Shown: piece after piece, positions 8,313-19,059 of the stretch
How the letters are laid out: every line of letters starts with the position of its first letter
Position numbering within the stretch: position 1 is the first letter of the stretch
Source of the DNA: Patescibacteria group bacterium
GTDB taxonomy: Bacteria; Patescibacteriota; Microgenomatia; 2-02-FULL-39-11
NCBI GenBank assembly: GCA_023379265.1
Contig: JAMCUI010000010.1
Span: forward strand, 200 to 64,199
Direction of reading: 5' to 3'
DNA: 64,000 nt
The notes under the pieces: generated by a model
Told to the model about the DNA's origin: nothing
What the model saw: only the letters and a program-made list of their open reading frames with translations
Database searches by the model: none
Position numbers and translations under genes: made by a program

Positions 8313-11081
8313 ATGGACAGAATTTCCGCACTTGCTTTACTTATTTTTCTTTCTCCCTTTTTACTCTTTTTCTTTCTTCTGGTAAAGCTTACTTCTCGCG
8401 GATCTTTCATTTTTAGGCAAACTAGGATTGGAAAAGATAAAAAACCTTTTGAAATCTACAAGATCCGCACTATGGTAAAGGATGCAGAAAATTTAAGAGC
8501 GAAACTGAGAAATCTAAACGAAGCGGATGGTCCTGTTTTTAAGATAAACAATGATCCGAGATTTACCGGAATTGGGAAAGTAATAGCATATATTGGTCTT
8601 GATGAGGTTTTGCAACTTGTAAATATTGTTAAAGGTGAGATGACATATGTCGGTCCCAGGCCTTTGCCGGTATATGAAGCGGTAAACGTTCCGAGAGAAT
8701 ACCAGGAAAGATTTTCGGTCAAGCCGGGTATTACTTCACTTGGAATAGTTAGAGGAACATACAACAACAGTTTTAAGAAATGGATGGAATCTGATCTAGA
8801 ATACATAAAAAAAAGAAACTTATTTCTAGATATATACATCCTGATCTTTACCGTACTTTATATATTGAAATGGTCAACAAAAAATATCTTTTTAGTTTTT
8901 TACCCTTTTGTACTTCTTTTTTATGCTTTTTCTCCTGATTCAGTCTGGTGGTTTCAGATACTCACGTTTTTCTCGGTGGTAATTTTCCTAGGGTTGAATT
9001 TGAGCAAAAAAGTATCCCTTCTTTTCCTTTTACTTATAGTTCTTCTTTTCTTTTCTACATTATTCTCAATAAATAAAATCAGTTCTGTGCCTTTGTTTTT
9101 TTCTTATCTTTTGGTGTTTATTCTCAGTTCTTTCTTTTTTGAAGAAGCAAAAGGTATATTGGTAAAGAGTTATATTCTGGGCACACTTATGATGGGCTTA
9201 TTCTCCTTTTTATATTCAGCAAGCGGGATCATAAGTGGAAAGCCGCATTCCATCTTTGGATTTTTAGACAGAGGCACTAATTTAATCGTACCTTATTTTG
9301 GTTATGCTTTTTATGCAATATTCCTTGTTGCTACGTTTCCTTTCATTCTTGAAAAAATGACCAGCCATAAATCTACTGTTTGGAAACTGATGCTGTTAGT
9401 GTACATTTTATTTTTCGTGACTTCTTTTTCTAAACTGGCACTTTTAGTAGCGGGTTTTGAAGGATTTGTATATTTAATGATCTATAAACCCAAAGACAAA
9501 GTGAAAGTGATAAGTATTTATACCGCTATGGCATTTTTTCTTTTGGCAGTGGTTTATTTCATGAATTTTTTTGTCCTGAATAACCAATGGTTGAAGGGTA
9601 GAATTTATAAACAATCAGTTACTTCAAGAATTGAATATTGGAATCAAAGTATGAAAGCGATACGAGGAAGTAGTATAGATAGGTTGATTGCCGGATATGG
9701 TCTGGATAATTTTTTTGAGCTGTCAAATGTGTATCAGAATAAACCAAATAACTGGACTAGATTTTCGCACAATTATTTTGTTCAATTCTTCATAGAAAAC
9801 GGATTGTTAAGCCTTATTATTCTCATGTTATTTTTATATACTACTGTGAGGAAAAATTTCAGTAAGTATACTATACCCGAGAAACTTTCTTTACTTTCAA
9901 TAACCCTTTTTTCTCTAGCAGGTACTTATGATTTAGGTACAACACCAATACTACTTTTTTTCTTTGTATTGCTTATTAAGGAAATATCCAAAGAGGATGT
10001 AAATAATGTTTTCTTGGGAATAAAAAGCAACATTTCTCGCTTGCCGTTTTTAATCATTTTGGTATTGTTAGTTCTATTCTGGTCACAGTATTTTTATGTT
10101 TATACAAATATTTACTTACAAGTCCATCCCATGATCCAAACAATTGATGTATTTCCCTACGAATCAGCTTTTTGGACACGACTAGTGGACACATCAGTGA
10201 ATTCTCCGGAAAGACTGGTGGAACTGAATAATAAATTAGGTCGGTACTCATCGATGAACGCCGATCTTTATAAGTATGTGCTGCAAACTTTATATACGTC
10301 AGGAGATTACTGCGATATAGTGAATTTGTCCAAACAATATCTGTCAAAAATTCCTTTTGATCTGGATATTCAAAAGGACTTTATAGTAAGTTATTCTAAT
10401 TGTCAATCGCCTCAAAAACAGAATCTGGATGGTTTTTGGGGGACGATCGAGCCTAAATTTGATATTCCCAGCAGCACTCTTTTTCAAATGAGGGATTTCT
10501 TAAATTTTGCCGCAATGTATTATTACAAGGAAAATAAATTAAGCCAGTATCAAAGATGGTTTTCTAAAGCATGGACTATAAAGACAGACAATGCGAATGA
10601 TTCATGGTATGAGCAAATCCTTGACCAGCCTTTCCAGGCACTTCCTGTTGAGCGAGGATTAAAAATCGAGTTATCTATGAAATCGGAAGGGGGTTTTTCA
10701 GCAATTGAACTACTAGGAAAATTTAATAGTGACACAAGGATGAAATGGGATGGGAGAAAGATGCTAATTGGGTTTACAGATAATGGAAAGATTTTTTATA
10801 TAGATATGTATACTGGGGATTCCAATAAACCGCTAGTCTTGTTAAACCAAAAAATTGAAGAAAAAGCCAGTCATTTGATTTTTTTAATTAACGAGGCAGG
10901 AAATAATATTTGGATTACTGATAAATCTGGTATCAGCATAGCAAATATTGATATCAAAAAAATGACTAATAACAGTCTTTGGGAAGGAATATTTCCAGAT
11001 AAAAAGATATATTTGGGTTATGGGATATCTCCACATTCATCTTTAAGCATAAATAAATTTATCATACTGCCTACAAAATAG
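8313..11081 (+). CDS. Fusion protein: N-terminal polyprenyl-phosphate sugar-phosphate transferase (bacterial sugar transferase, WbaP/PglC-type), then a polytopic O-antigen-ligase/Wzy_C-like membrane domain, then a C-terminal soluble domain
   Basis: The N-terminal ~170 aa match Bac_transf: KPFEIYKIRTM, DPRFTGIGK, LDEVLQLVNIVKGEMTYVGPRP, KPGITSL. These are followed by more than 12 hydrophobic helices and the ligase-type motif RLIAGYGLDNFF. 922 aa. Confidence 0.7.
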   Translation: MDRISALALLIFLSPFLLFFFLLVKLTSRGSFIFRQTRIGKDKKPFEIYKIRTMVKDAENLRAKLRNLNEADGPVFKINNDPRFTGIGKVIAYIGLDEVLQLVNIVKGEMTYVGPRPLPVYEAVNVPREYQERFSVKPGITSLGIVRGTYNNSFKKWMESDLEYIKKRNLFLDIYILIFTVLYILKWSTKNIFLVFYPFVLLFYAFSPDSVWWFQILTFFSVVIFLGLNLSKKVSLLFLLLIVLLFFSTLFSINKISSVPLFFSYLLVFILSSFFFEEAKGILVKSYILGTLMMGLFSFLYSASGIISGKPHSIFGFLDRGTNLIVPYFGYAFYAIFLVATFPFILEKMTSHKSTVWKLMLLVYILFFVTSFSKLALLVAGFEGFVYLMIYKPKDKVKVISIYTAMAFFLLAVVYFMNFFVLNNQWLKGRIYKQSVTSRIEYWNQSMKAIRGSSIDRLIAGYGLDNFFELSNVYQNKPNNWTRFSHNYFVQFFIENGLLSLIILMLFLYTTVRKNFSKYTIPEKLSLLSITLFSLAGTYDLGTTPILLFFFVLLIKEISKEDVNNVFLGIKSNISRLPFLIILVLLVLFWSQYFYVYTNIYLQVHPMIQTIDVFPYESAFWTRLVDTSVNSPERLVELNNKLGRYSSMNADLYKYVLQTLYTSGDYCDIVNLSKQYLSKIPFDLDIQKDFIVSYSNCQSPQKQNLDGFWGTIEPKFDIPSSTLFQMRDFLNFAAMYYYKENKLSQYQRWFSKAWTIKTDNANDSWYEQILDQPFQALPVERGLKIELSMKSEGGFSAIELLGKFNSDTRMKWDGRKMLIGFTDNGKIFYIDMYTGDSNKPLVLLNQKIEEKASHLIFLINEAGNNIWITDKSGISIANIDIKKMTNNSLWEGIFPDKKIYLGYGISPHSSLSINKFIILPTK

Positions 11082-11087
11082 TTTTAT

Positions 11088-12194
11088 ATGGTAAACATCC
11101 TTTTTCTTCTAAATGAGTTGGATGATATCTCCCATACCAGGATGACGCTTGATATTGTTTCCAGCCTGGACAAAAGAAAATACAATCCATATGTGTATAG
11201 TTTGAAAAGAAAAGGCAGTTTAGAGAAAGAATTTAAGAGCCTAGTGAAGGAACATTTTTATATTTCCTCAGAGAATGTAATTGGGGATGTATTGAGTATA
11301 AAAAATATTATTTCAAAATCAGAAATAAGCATAGTGCAAACCCCAGCTTTACGAAGTGACTTTACGATTTTTGCAGTGAGATTGTTGTATTTCGGCCGAC
11401 GGCCGTTTTTTCATATTGCAGTACGCTTCAATTATCTTTTTAAAAATATTTCTCTTTACCACATTGCTAAAAAAATATTGTATCTAATATCTATCCGTAT
11501 AGCTGACTTAAACGTGTGTGTAGGGAAACATATCCGGAATAGATTAATAGAAAACTTAAAAATACCCTCCAAAAAAGTTTGTTTTATTCCCAATGTAATT
11601 TCATTCGGGTCAGAAAAGTTGGTAGAGGACAATTTGGGAAAGAATTTTAACTTAAAAAGAGATATACCAATAATTTTATATACAGGGTCGTTAATTGAAA
11701 GGAAAAATACTGTTTTCCTTGTTAAATGCTTGGCTTTAGTAAAACGTCCTTATTACTGTTTCTTAGTTGGAGAGGGTCCTGAAAGGAAAAAAATCGCAGG
11801 TTTAATAGATCAATTGAATTTGAAAGGAAAGATTATTCTTACCGGTTATTTCCGGCATATCAGTAGTTTCCTGAAAATTGCTGATATATTTGTGATGCCA
11901 TCAAAAGACGAGGGTCTATCTTTGAGCGTAATTGAGGCGATGCACGCAGGTGTACCGTCCATAGTCAGTGATATTGAAGGAAACAGGGAACTAATTGGCA
12001 ATCTGAAGGAGGGTTTGGTGTTTCCACTACAAGACAGCAAGAAGTTCACGTCAGAAATCTCTCTGCTTTTGGAGAATCAGGAATTAAGAAGGAAACTAGG
12101 TGAAAATGCAATAAGAAAAGCTAGGAAATTATATAATTTTAAGAAAATGTTGAATGAATATGATGATTTATACCAGAATGTTTTAAAAGAGTGA
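11088..12194 (+). CDS. Glycosyltransferase family 4 (GT-B)
   Basis: C-terminal EGLSLSVIEAMHAGVPSIVSDIEGNRELI (E-x7-E GT4 motif). 368 aa. Confidence 0.8.
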   Translation: MVNILFLLNELDDISHTRMTLDIVSSLDKRKYNPYVYSLKRKGSLEKEFKSLVKEHFYISSENVIGDVLSIKNIISKSEISIVQTPALRSDFTIFAVRLLYFGRRPFFHIAVRFNYLFKNISLYHIAKKILYLISIRIADLNVCVGKHIRNRLIENLKIPSKKVCFIPNVISFGSEKLVEDNLGKNFNLKRDIPIILYTGSLIERKNTVFLVKCLALVKRPYYCFLVGEGPERKKIAGLIDQLNLKGKIILTGYFRHISSFLKIADIFVMPSKDEGLSLSVIEAMHAGVPSIVSDIEGNRELIGNLKEGLVFPLQDSKKFTSEISLLLENQELRRKLGENAIRKARKLYNFKKMLNEYDDLYQNVLKE

Positions 12195-12306
12195 ATAAAT
12201 AATTGAATCTTTTCCTAAGTAGGTATTAGAACTTATATCAACATTATTATTTTGAATCAAAACCATCACAGACTGTCAAGCTAAATTTGAGGTTTTGATA
12301 CTAGTT

Positions 12307-13164
12307 TTAGTTCAGGACGTTGATAATTCTCCATCCGTAATCATATTTTGATGTAGTAACATAGATTGTCTGGTTTATTTTAACCTTTTCATTATCTTTA
12401 AAGTAATAAATACCTTTTTCTTTAATAGTTAAAAGGTCCATAGTAACATATAAATCAACCAGATAAGGATCCTGGACAAGATGAGCATTTCCATTGGCGT
12501 CTACAGTGATTCTTTTTGCAGGAGCAGTCTTTTTATCTAAAACTTTCGCTATCGTGTTTCCAGCAAAATCTTTAGTTATGTCTCCTATGTTGATTGAATC
12601 AGCTATCCATGGTTCTACTCCATTAGTAATATAATCAGGACCTCCAACCATCTGAAGAAGAACCTTTTTATGGACTTTTTTCCTGTTATCGGAGATGCCT
12701 TGGATTGCTGTAACAACACCTTCAATAAGAATTCCGTTGGGTTTTACGCTTATTGGTCCTCCTATAGTTAAATCTTTTGATGCGTAAGTATATTTGTGTT
12801 GGTTTTTATTATAAAGGGTATTCAGATGTAACTTGATGTAAGTTTCCTTATAATTTCCATTGGTTTCGTAGGTTTGAATGTCTTTAACTTCGGCGACTGG
12901 TCTACCGAATCCGTCATATTCTGTATTTCCCTTTTTGACAGTATCTATTAGCCACGGAGGCACACTTCGCCATTCACTTAATAATGTGGGATCAGTTGTC
13001 ACTTTCATTTCCACCTCAATCCATTTTTTGGTGTTATGGAAATAGAGAAAGATAAAGAGGAATATTGAGAGGAAAAATAGAATAAAAAGTATTTCAGTAA
13101 ATCCTATACGTTTCCTCAGAGATTGAAATTGATTATTTTTGAGCATAATTATATAGCGTTGCAA
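12307..13164 (-). CDS. Hypothetical N-terminally membrane-anchored protein
   Basis: One N-terminal TM (ILFILFFLSIFLFIFLYF) followed by a ~230-aa soluble domain with no recognised motif. Confidence 0.4.
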   Translation of the reverse strand: MQRYIIMLKNNQFQSLRKRIGFTEILFILFFLSIFLFIFLYFHNTKKWIEVEMKVTTDPTLLSEWRSVPPWLIDTVKKGNTEYDGFGRPVAEVKDIQTYETNGNYKETYIKLHLNTLYNKNQHKYTYASKDLTIGGPISVKPNGILIEGVVTAIQGISDNRKKVHKKVLLQMVGGPDYITNGVEPWIADSINIGDITKDFAGNTIAKVLDKKTAPAKRITVDANGNAHLVQDPYLVDLYVTMDLLTIKEKGIYYFKDNEKVKINQTIYVTTSKYDYGWRIINVLN

Positions 13165-14587
13165 ATATTAGTAAGTATAACATAGTCGTAGAATAAACCG
13201 GTTGAAACAACCCATTTAACAAAATACTAATTAGGCTTGAGAGAAAAATATTTCCCTGAATTGTGTTATTCAACAATTTGTTACCTGCGGGCTTTATTTT
13301 TTGAGACAAAAGTGAGAAGAGAAATACAAAAAAGAAGAAAAAAGGTACAAGTCCTATTTCCTCAGCAAGATTAAGATACATATTGTGGGAAGGTGTGGGG
13401 AAATAATACATTTCGCCTTTAGGATTTTCCAGGAACATACCCAGTACACTCATTCCTTGTCCTACTCCAAACAGGGGATATTTCATAACAAGATTTACTG
13501 ATTCACTGAGCTGATTTATGCGGAATAAACCGCTGCCACCTTCGGCAAAAGTAATATCACTTTTTTGCAGTCTCGGCAGTACGAGAAATATTCCTATTGG
13601 TATGAATAAAATAATTGTACAAAAAATTACTTTCATGTATTCCCAGTCAAAAGATAATCTATATTTTTTTTCAAAAATAAAAGTTAGGGGCAAGGTGACG
13701 AGAAACAATACCAGCCAGGATGATCTGCTGAGGCTTAGGAGTATTCCAGTTAGACCGAATATAAATCCAGGAATAATAAACTTATTGTTTATTGTTTGTT
13801 TCAGGAAGCCGTGAAGGAAAAAGGCAATAGTCAACGGCAGAAGAAAATTGGCCAAATCATTTGGGTGGTTAAATGTACCCCAGGGCCTAAACCAGTTTTG
13901 GCTAAGATCTGTTCCTTCAATGAGAATATTGTGGAAAAAGACTAGACTGGGAAAGAGGGAAGATTTGGTAATGTATTGAAAAAGTGCCCAGATTCCTTCA
14001 TAAACAACTAAAATTGAGAAAAAGTTGAGGAGATCCGTAATGAAATTTTTGTTATTTACCACTTCCTTCCTGAGGAGCAAAAAAAAGGGCAATAAGAGTG
14101 CAAAATAAATCCAATAGACTATTGAGATTCTAGGATTTAGTGAGATCAGTGCTGAGATAAAGGATAGAAGGAGGAAGACAAGAAAAATCTTTGTGTATTT
14201 GTCCAAGCTTATGGTATTTCTAAGATAAGAATAAATGGACCAGATAGCAATTAGAAGTCCTATGAAAAAGGATGGTCCAAGGATAATGAAATCCTCATAT
14301 CCCTGATATCCCTGTATCCAATGTCCATAGTATAGGCTTGATAGTGGAATGAGTATAAATTCAAAAGTTTTTCCGACGGAGAACAGGTTAAAGAGGAGAA
14401 AAGTAAAAATGAGGCCTTTTGATAAGGATTTGAGGATATATACGGATAAAAGCAAGTAGGCAAATGCCGCTGCAATTATTGTTTTATTATCGATATTGAA
14501 ACATAAGGCAATCAGAAAAATGATTGTAAAATGGATGAAGTATTTTTCCTGGAAGAATAGACGATATCTTTTTAGAATTTTTATCAT
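13133..14587 (-). CDS. O-antigen ligase/polymerase-like (Wzy_C family) polytopic membrane protein
   Basis: 484 aa with more than 10 TM helices. It contains the Wzy_C-type RSSWLVLFLVTL motif and a periplasmic loop. Confidence 0.6.
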   Translation of the reverse strand: MIKILKRYRLFFQEKYFIHFTIIFLIALCFNIDNKTIIAAAFAYLLLSVYILKSLSKGLIFTFLLFNLFSVGKTFEFILIPLSSLYYGHWIQGYQGYEDFIILGPSFFIGLLIAIWSIYSYLRNTISLDKYTKIFLVFLLLSFISALISLNPRISIVYWIYFALLLPFFLLLRKEVVNNKNFITDLLNFFSILVVYEGIWALFQYITKSSLFPSLVFFHNILIEGTDLSQNWFRPWGTFNHPNDLANFLLPLTIAFFLHGFLKQTINNKFIIPGFIFGLTGILLSLSRSSWLVLFLVTLPLTFIFEKKYRLSFDWEYMKVIFCTIILFIPIGIFLVLPRLQKSDITFAEGGSGLFRINQLSESVNLVMKYPLFGVGQGMSVLGMFLENPKGEMYYFPTPSHNMYLNLAEEIGLVPFFFFFVFLFSLLSQKIKPAGNKLLNNTIQGNIFLSSLISILLNGLFQPVYSTTMLYLLIFATLYNYAQK

Positions 14588-15753
14588 AAAGATTGATAGA
14601 TACTTTTTACTGATCTGGCGATAAACTCCCAGGAAAATTCCTTTTCGGCAAAAAGGCGGCCTCGTGTCGAAATTTTTCGGGCTTTACCTGGATTGCGAAA
14701 AATCTCAAGAATAGTATCTCCTATGGATTTTGGAGAATATTGGCTTAAAAAACCTATTTTATATTTCTGGACAAGATTTCCTACATCACCGACTTTGTTT
14801 GTGACAACCGGAATTCCTGTCGCCAAATAGTCTCCGAATTTCATTGGAAATCTTGCTTTGTTGGTCAAATTATCTGCCATGGGTAATAGTCCTACATCAG
14901 CTGAATTCAAATAAAGCCTTAAAGTTTTCTTGGGTACATTCTCCCTGATGAGTATATCACCTGTATTAACATAAGCTTGATATAGCCTCAAAACTTTCTT
15001 GGAAAATTTTCCCACAAGAATAAGTATTGAGTCTGGATTTCTGGAATGTAGATATACAAAGGAATCAATGACCATTTGGATATCATAGAGGACAAATCCA
15101 GGGAAAATACAAATATTTTTATCCAACGGAAGATTTAGGGCTTTTCTGGCTTTTGTTTTATCGGAAGGAAAAATGTTTCTGATATCAGCTCCGTTTGGAA
15201 GAATTACAATTTTATCTACTTTAATTCCAAGCTTTATAGCTCGTTTCTGGAGTAAACTGCTTGCTACAGTGGTGTAATCAGCAAATTTGCGGAAATACTC
15301 CTCAAAGAAGGTTTCGATAGGGGAAAAGAGAGCGTTGAGTACTTTATTTGGACGCAGTGTGATTGCTCCCCCTTTTCCCCACCAGTCAGACCAATCGATA
15401 ACAAGAGGTATGTTTTTCTTGAATTTCTTATAAAATAATGCAGGAATGATGACTGTCGGCCTAGTATCAAAAGCATGTATCAGGTCATATTGTTTATCCT
15501 TCAAATATGCACATCTTCTGATTACATTTAAGGGGTCCCAACCTGTTCTTAGACTACCCCAGAGCAAATCCGGAGTTTCGACGATTTTCACTTTATCTTC
15601 CGTGTATTGGTGATATCTAATTCTGTTAGTTGGGGAATTGGTAAGGATCGTTACTTCATGACCTAGTAAGACCAGTTCTTTAGCTAGAGAAAAGCATCTG
15701 TGATATGTACTTCTGCCCTTTACATTATGGTTAAGATACAAGATTCTACACAT
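14584..15753 (-). CDS. Glycosyltransferase family 4
   Basis: The GT-B N-terminus is ILYLNHNVKGRSTYHRCFSLAKELVLLGHEV. 389 aa. It overlaps the neighbouring gene by 4 bp, consistent with an operon. Confidence 0.7.
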   Translation of the reverse strand: MCRILYLNHNVKGRSTYHRCFSLAKELVLLGHEVTILTNSPTNRIRYHQYTEDKVKIVETPDLLWGSLRTGWDPLNVIRRCAYLKDKQYDLIHAFDTRPTVIIPALFYKKFKKNIPLVIDWSDWWGKGGAITLRPNKVLNALFSPIETFFEEYFRKFADYTTVASSLLQKRAIKLGIKVDKIVILPNGADIRNIFPSDKTKARKALNLPLDKNICIFPGFVLYDIQMVIDSFVYLHSRNPDSILILVGKFSKKVLRLYQAYVNTGDILIRENVPKKTLRLYLNSADVGLLPMADNLTNKARFPMKFGDYLATGIPVVTNKVGDVGNLVQKYKIGFLSQYSPKSIGDTILEIFRNPGKARKISTRGRLFAEKEFSWEFIARSVKSIYQSL

Positions 15754-15761
15754 GGGTATGT

Positions 15762-16883
15762 TTAGTGGATGTTTGGCAACAATGTTTTAAGATATTTTGA
15801 TATTGCTTTTTCGGAATAATATTTCTTTACATCATTTTGGGCATTTTTGCCAATTTTTGTGCGTAAATTTGGATTTCTCAGTAGTAGTTTGACCCGGTGT
15901 GCATACCCGGAAATAGTGTTTTCAATAAAAGCAGTTTTGCCGTTTAAGAGGTAGTCGTTTGAACCGGGACACCTTTTTACCACGGCGCATAATCCGGCGG
16001 CCATGGCTTCCATTAACACGACAGGCATTCCCTCATAGTCTGAGCTCATAGCAAAGATTTTTACGTTCCTAAAAAAAGGAGAGAGATTTTGCACTCCGTT
16101 TTTTATTTGGACATTTGTTTCCAAATGGTTGTTTTTTATAAATTGTAATACCTCTTCTTTTTGTTTGCCGTCTCCTATGAAACAGGTTTTAATATCAGGG
16201 ATGTCTGCTTTTACGTTTTTAATCACGTTAAGCAAAAAGAGAAGGTTTTTTTGCTTATCGAATCTTCCTGCGTACAGAAAATCAAGTTCCGGTTTAGCAC
16301 CCAGTTTGCCTATACGCATCAGGGTCCAGTTCGGAATGACTACTATTTTATTTTTCGGGACGGAAAAGTTATTCACTAAATCGTCTTTTGATGCGTGAGT
16401 AGGTGAAATAATGACATCTGCGATGGGATAAAAAAAGGGAATAAGGTACCATTTTATTTTTGAGTCTACATAAGGCGAGGTCAGTATATCTTCATTTAGG
16501 ACGATACGAGTTTTTTGCCAAAAGAGAACTTTTGCCGCAATAATTGACAGGAAGGAGGTATAATCCAGAAAAGTTAAGAGAGTAGTTGGTTTTAGACTGA
16601 AGATCTTCCAGATCATATAGAGAGTGAAGGGAATATGGAGTTTTCCGTTGAAAAATTGGGGTCTGTAATATATTTTTGAGTTCGAGTTATCTAATTGATT
16701 GTCCATTCTGAACCTGGTTTTGTCCCTAAGCAGTATATGGAAACGGCAATTCTTATACCGGCCATTTTTACAATAGTGGGACATATCGACAATTTTTTTC
16801 TGTATGCCTCCGATCCCAAAATTCCAGAAAACTATTAACACATTAGTGATTTTTGTTGCGTCATTCATAAAAAACCATTCCAC
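15762..16883 (-). CDS. Glycosyltransferase family 4
   Basis: SSDYEGMPVVLMEAMAAGLCAVV motif. 373 aa. Confidence 0.75.
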   Translation of the reverse strand: MEWFFMNDATKITNVLIVFWNFGIGGIQKKIVDMSHYCKNGRYKNCRFHILLRDKTRFRMDNQLDNSNSKIYYRPQFFNGKLHIPFTLYMIWKIFSLKPTTLLTFLDYTSFLSIIAAKVLFWQKTRIVLNEDILTSPYVDSKIKWYLIPFFYPIADVIISPTHASKDDLVNNFSVPKNKIVVIPNWTLMRIGKLGAKPELDFLYAGRFDKQKNLLFLLNVIKNVKADIPDIKTCFIGDGKQKEEVLQFIKNNHLETNVQIKNGVQNLSPFFRNVKIFAMSSDYEGMPVVLMEAMAAGLCAVVKRCPGSNDYLLNGKTAFIENTISGYAHRVKLLLRNPNLRTKIGKNAQNDVKKYYSEKAISKYLKTLLPNIH

Positions 16884-16947
16884 AATAAGCGGAATAATTG
16901 TTAGAATTATATAATGTTTTCACTAAAAAGAAATTAAAGGAACTGTT

Positions 16948-18111
16948 ATGAGCAATAATAGTAATTTTCTTTTTATATTGCCATTTTATAACAGGGAAAA
17001 CTGGACTGCAGATTACCAAAAGCAGACAGTAAATAAACTCTCTAAGAGATATTCTGTCGTGGTTTATTGTGAATACAATAAGACCTATGTGAAAGAATTA
17101 ATCAGTTTAAGAAAAAAGCCAATCAGGCTTTTATACAAGTCTAAAGGGGTATATTATTACTCACAGGTAGACTTGTTACCCTTTATACGTTTTGAGACGG
17201 TAAAGAGAATAAATGCTTTTATAAACGCTCTTTTATTATTTCTGTTGATCCGCAAAAATCTGTTCTCAAAGAAAATAGTGGTCTGGGGTTTTCATCCTGA
17301 AGTGGCTGATTTTCGTAAATATTTCCCATTTCGCAATTATTCCATATATGATTGTGTGGATTTCTTCAGTTCTGTTATTCCCGAACATAGCCGAATAATC
17401 AAACGACAAGAGAAGTATATCATGAACAAGTTTGACCTGGTGACCGTGAATTCAACAATACTTCTTTCCCATCATAAAAAGGTAAGAGAGAATATCAAGC
17501 TTGTTCCCTTGGGATTTTCTCCTCCTTCAAAAAAAATTACGGCTAAACGCAGCCTTCCGGGAGACAGGCCAATTATAGGCTACGCGGGAGCTCTAAATTA
17601 CAGATTGGATTATAAGTTATTAAGAAAGTTAGTTGAGGGAAATAAACAATGGATGTTCGTTTTTTGGGGTCCGCGACAGAAAGATATCCAAGATAGCATG
17701 TTTGATGTGGATAAAGAAATAGAGTATTTATTTTCCCTGCCAAACGTGATTCACGGCCAATCAACTACAAGAGATAATGTTTATTCAATGATTAAACAAT
17801 TTGATATTTGTATAATTCCGTATAATACAAAGTTAGACTTTAATAAGTATTGTTTCCCTATGAAATTATTTGAATATTTTTATGTGGGTAAACCAGTTAT
17901 GTCAACTTCTATTAAGGAACTCGGCCGTTATCCAAAATTTATTAAAATAGGTGATAGCGTAAAGGAATGGGAAGATGGTATAAAGATGTTACTAGGGCGG
18001 TCATGGCCGGCGGATAGTAAAATGGAAGAAAGGCTGATTGCAGAGGAAAACAGATGGGAGAAAAAAATAAACGAAATTATAGAATTAATCAATAATGGAA
18101 AAAAATTTTAA
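16948..18111 (+). CDS. Glycosyltransferase (GT-B, GT4-like)
   Basis: 387 aa. The C-terminal GT-B nucleotide-sugar binding region is present (IGYAGALNYRLDY...FDICIIPY). Confidence 0.6.
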   Translation: MSNNSNFLFILPFYNRENWTADYQKQTVNKLSKRYSVVVYCEYNKTYVKELISLRKKPIRLLYKSKGVYYYSQVDLLPFIRFETVKRINAFINALLLFLLIRKNLFSKKIVVWGFHPEVADFRKYFPFRNYSIYDCVDFFSSVIPEHSRIIKRQEKYIMNKFDLVTVNSTILLSHHKKVRENIKLVPLGFSPPSKKITAKRSLPGDRPIIGYAGALNYRLDYKLLRKLVEGNKQWMFVFWGPRQKDIQDSMFDVDKEIEYLFSLPNVIHGQSTTRDNVYSMIKQFDICIIPYNTKLDFNKYCFPMKLFEYFYVGKPVMSTSIKELGRYPKFIKIGDSVKEWEDGIKMLLGRSWPADSKMEERLIAEENRWEKKINEIIELINNGKKF

Positions 18112-18229
18112 AACTTTGGATGAATTTTTATAGTAAATAGATTTCCGTAGTCAATAAGTTCTTTTTTTACCCCTTTTAAACCAAAATTATAATTGATATA
18201 AAAATACATAGAATTAACGAATTAATAAA

Positions 18230-19015
18230 ATGAAGATGAGAGATAAAGTAACAAGATATTTTGATTTTCTTTTAGTGATGACTATTAAAGAAATAAAAGC
18301 AAGATACAAGAGTGCTGTTTTGGGATTTCTCTGGATGTTTCTTAATCCATTGCTTCAAATGATTATTATAGGTCTAATTTTTTCGAATTTTATTAAAGTT
18401 CCTATTAATAATTACTTTCTTTTTTTATTTCCAGGTCTTTTAGCTTGGAATTTTTTTTCTTATTCAATTACAAAAGCAACTCCATCAATTGTTTATGAAA
18501 GAACTTTGATTCAGAAGTCTAATTTTCCTCGCGAAGCGATTCCATTATCTATAGTACTATCAAATTTTTTTCATTTTTTAATTTCTATCTGCTTGTTTAT
18601 TTTTTTTCTAATAATAATAGGAAATTTTAAGAATGGTAATATTTTGAGCTCAAGTATCTATTTGTTTTTTTCGATATTTTGGCTTCTAATTTTCACATGT
18701 GGAGTATCATTATTGTCCTCGTCTCTTAACGTGAGGTTTCGCGATGTAAATTTTTTTATTCAAGCCTTGGTTTTACTCTGGTTTTATGCTACTCCTGTTA
18801 TTTTTTCTCTAAGGGTACTCCCTAGCAATTATTTGTGGATTTTTCAATTTAACCCCTTAACGTATATTTTCGAAATCATACACAATAGTTTAATTAATAC
18901 CCCTTTTCCTCAAAAAGATATCCTCTTAAGTAATTTAGTTCTTTCAATTATTATTGTTATTTTGGGATTTATTGTATTTATGAAAAATAGTCAAAATTTT
19001 TCTGATTGGTTATAA
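18230..19015 (+). CDS. wzm: ABC-2 type polysaccharide/O-antigen export permease (Wzm/TagG-like)
   Basis: 261 aa with 6 TM helices. The N-terminus is typical of ABC-2 permeases (IKARYKSAVLGFLWMFLNPL). Confidence 0.8.
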   Translation: MKMRDKVTRYFDFLLVMTIKEIKARYKSAVLGFLWMFLNPLLQMIIIGLIFSNFIKVPINNYFLFLFPGLLAWNFFSYSITKATPSIVYERTLIQKSNFPREAIPLSIVLSNFFHFLISICLFIFFLIIIGNFKNGNILSSSIYLFFSIFWLLIFTCGVSLLSSSLNVRFRDVNFFIQALVLLWFYATPVIFSLRVLPSNYLWIFQFNPLTYIFEIIHNSLINTPFPQKDILLSNLVLSIIIVILGFIVFMKNSQNFSDWL

Positions 19016-19059
19016 TAATCATTTTTAAATTTCTAAATTCCATTTTAATAGCATAAAAA

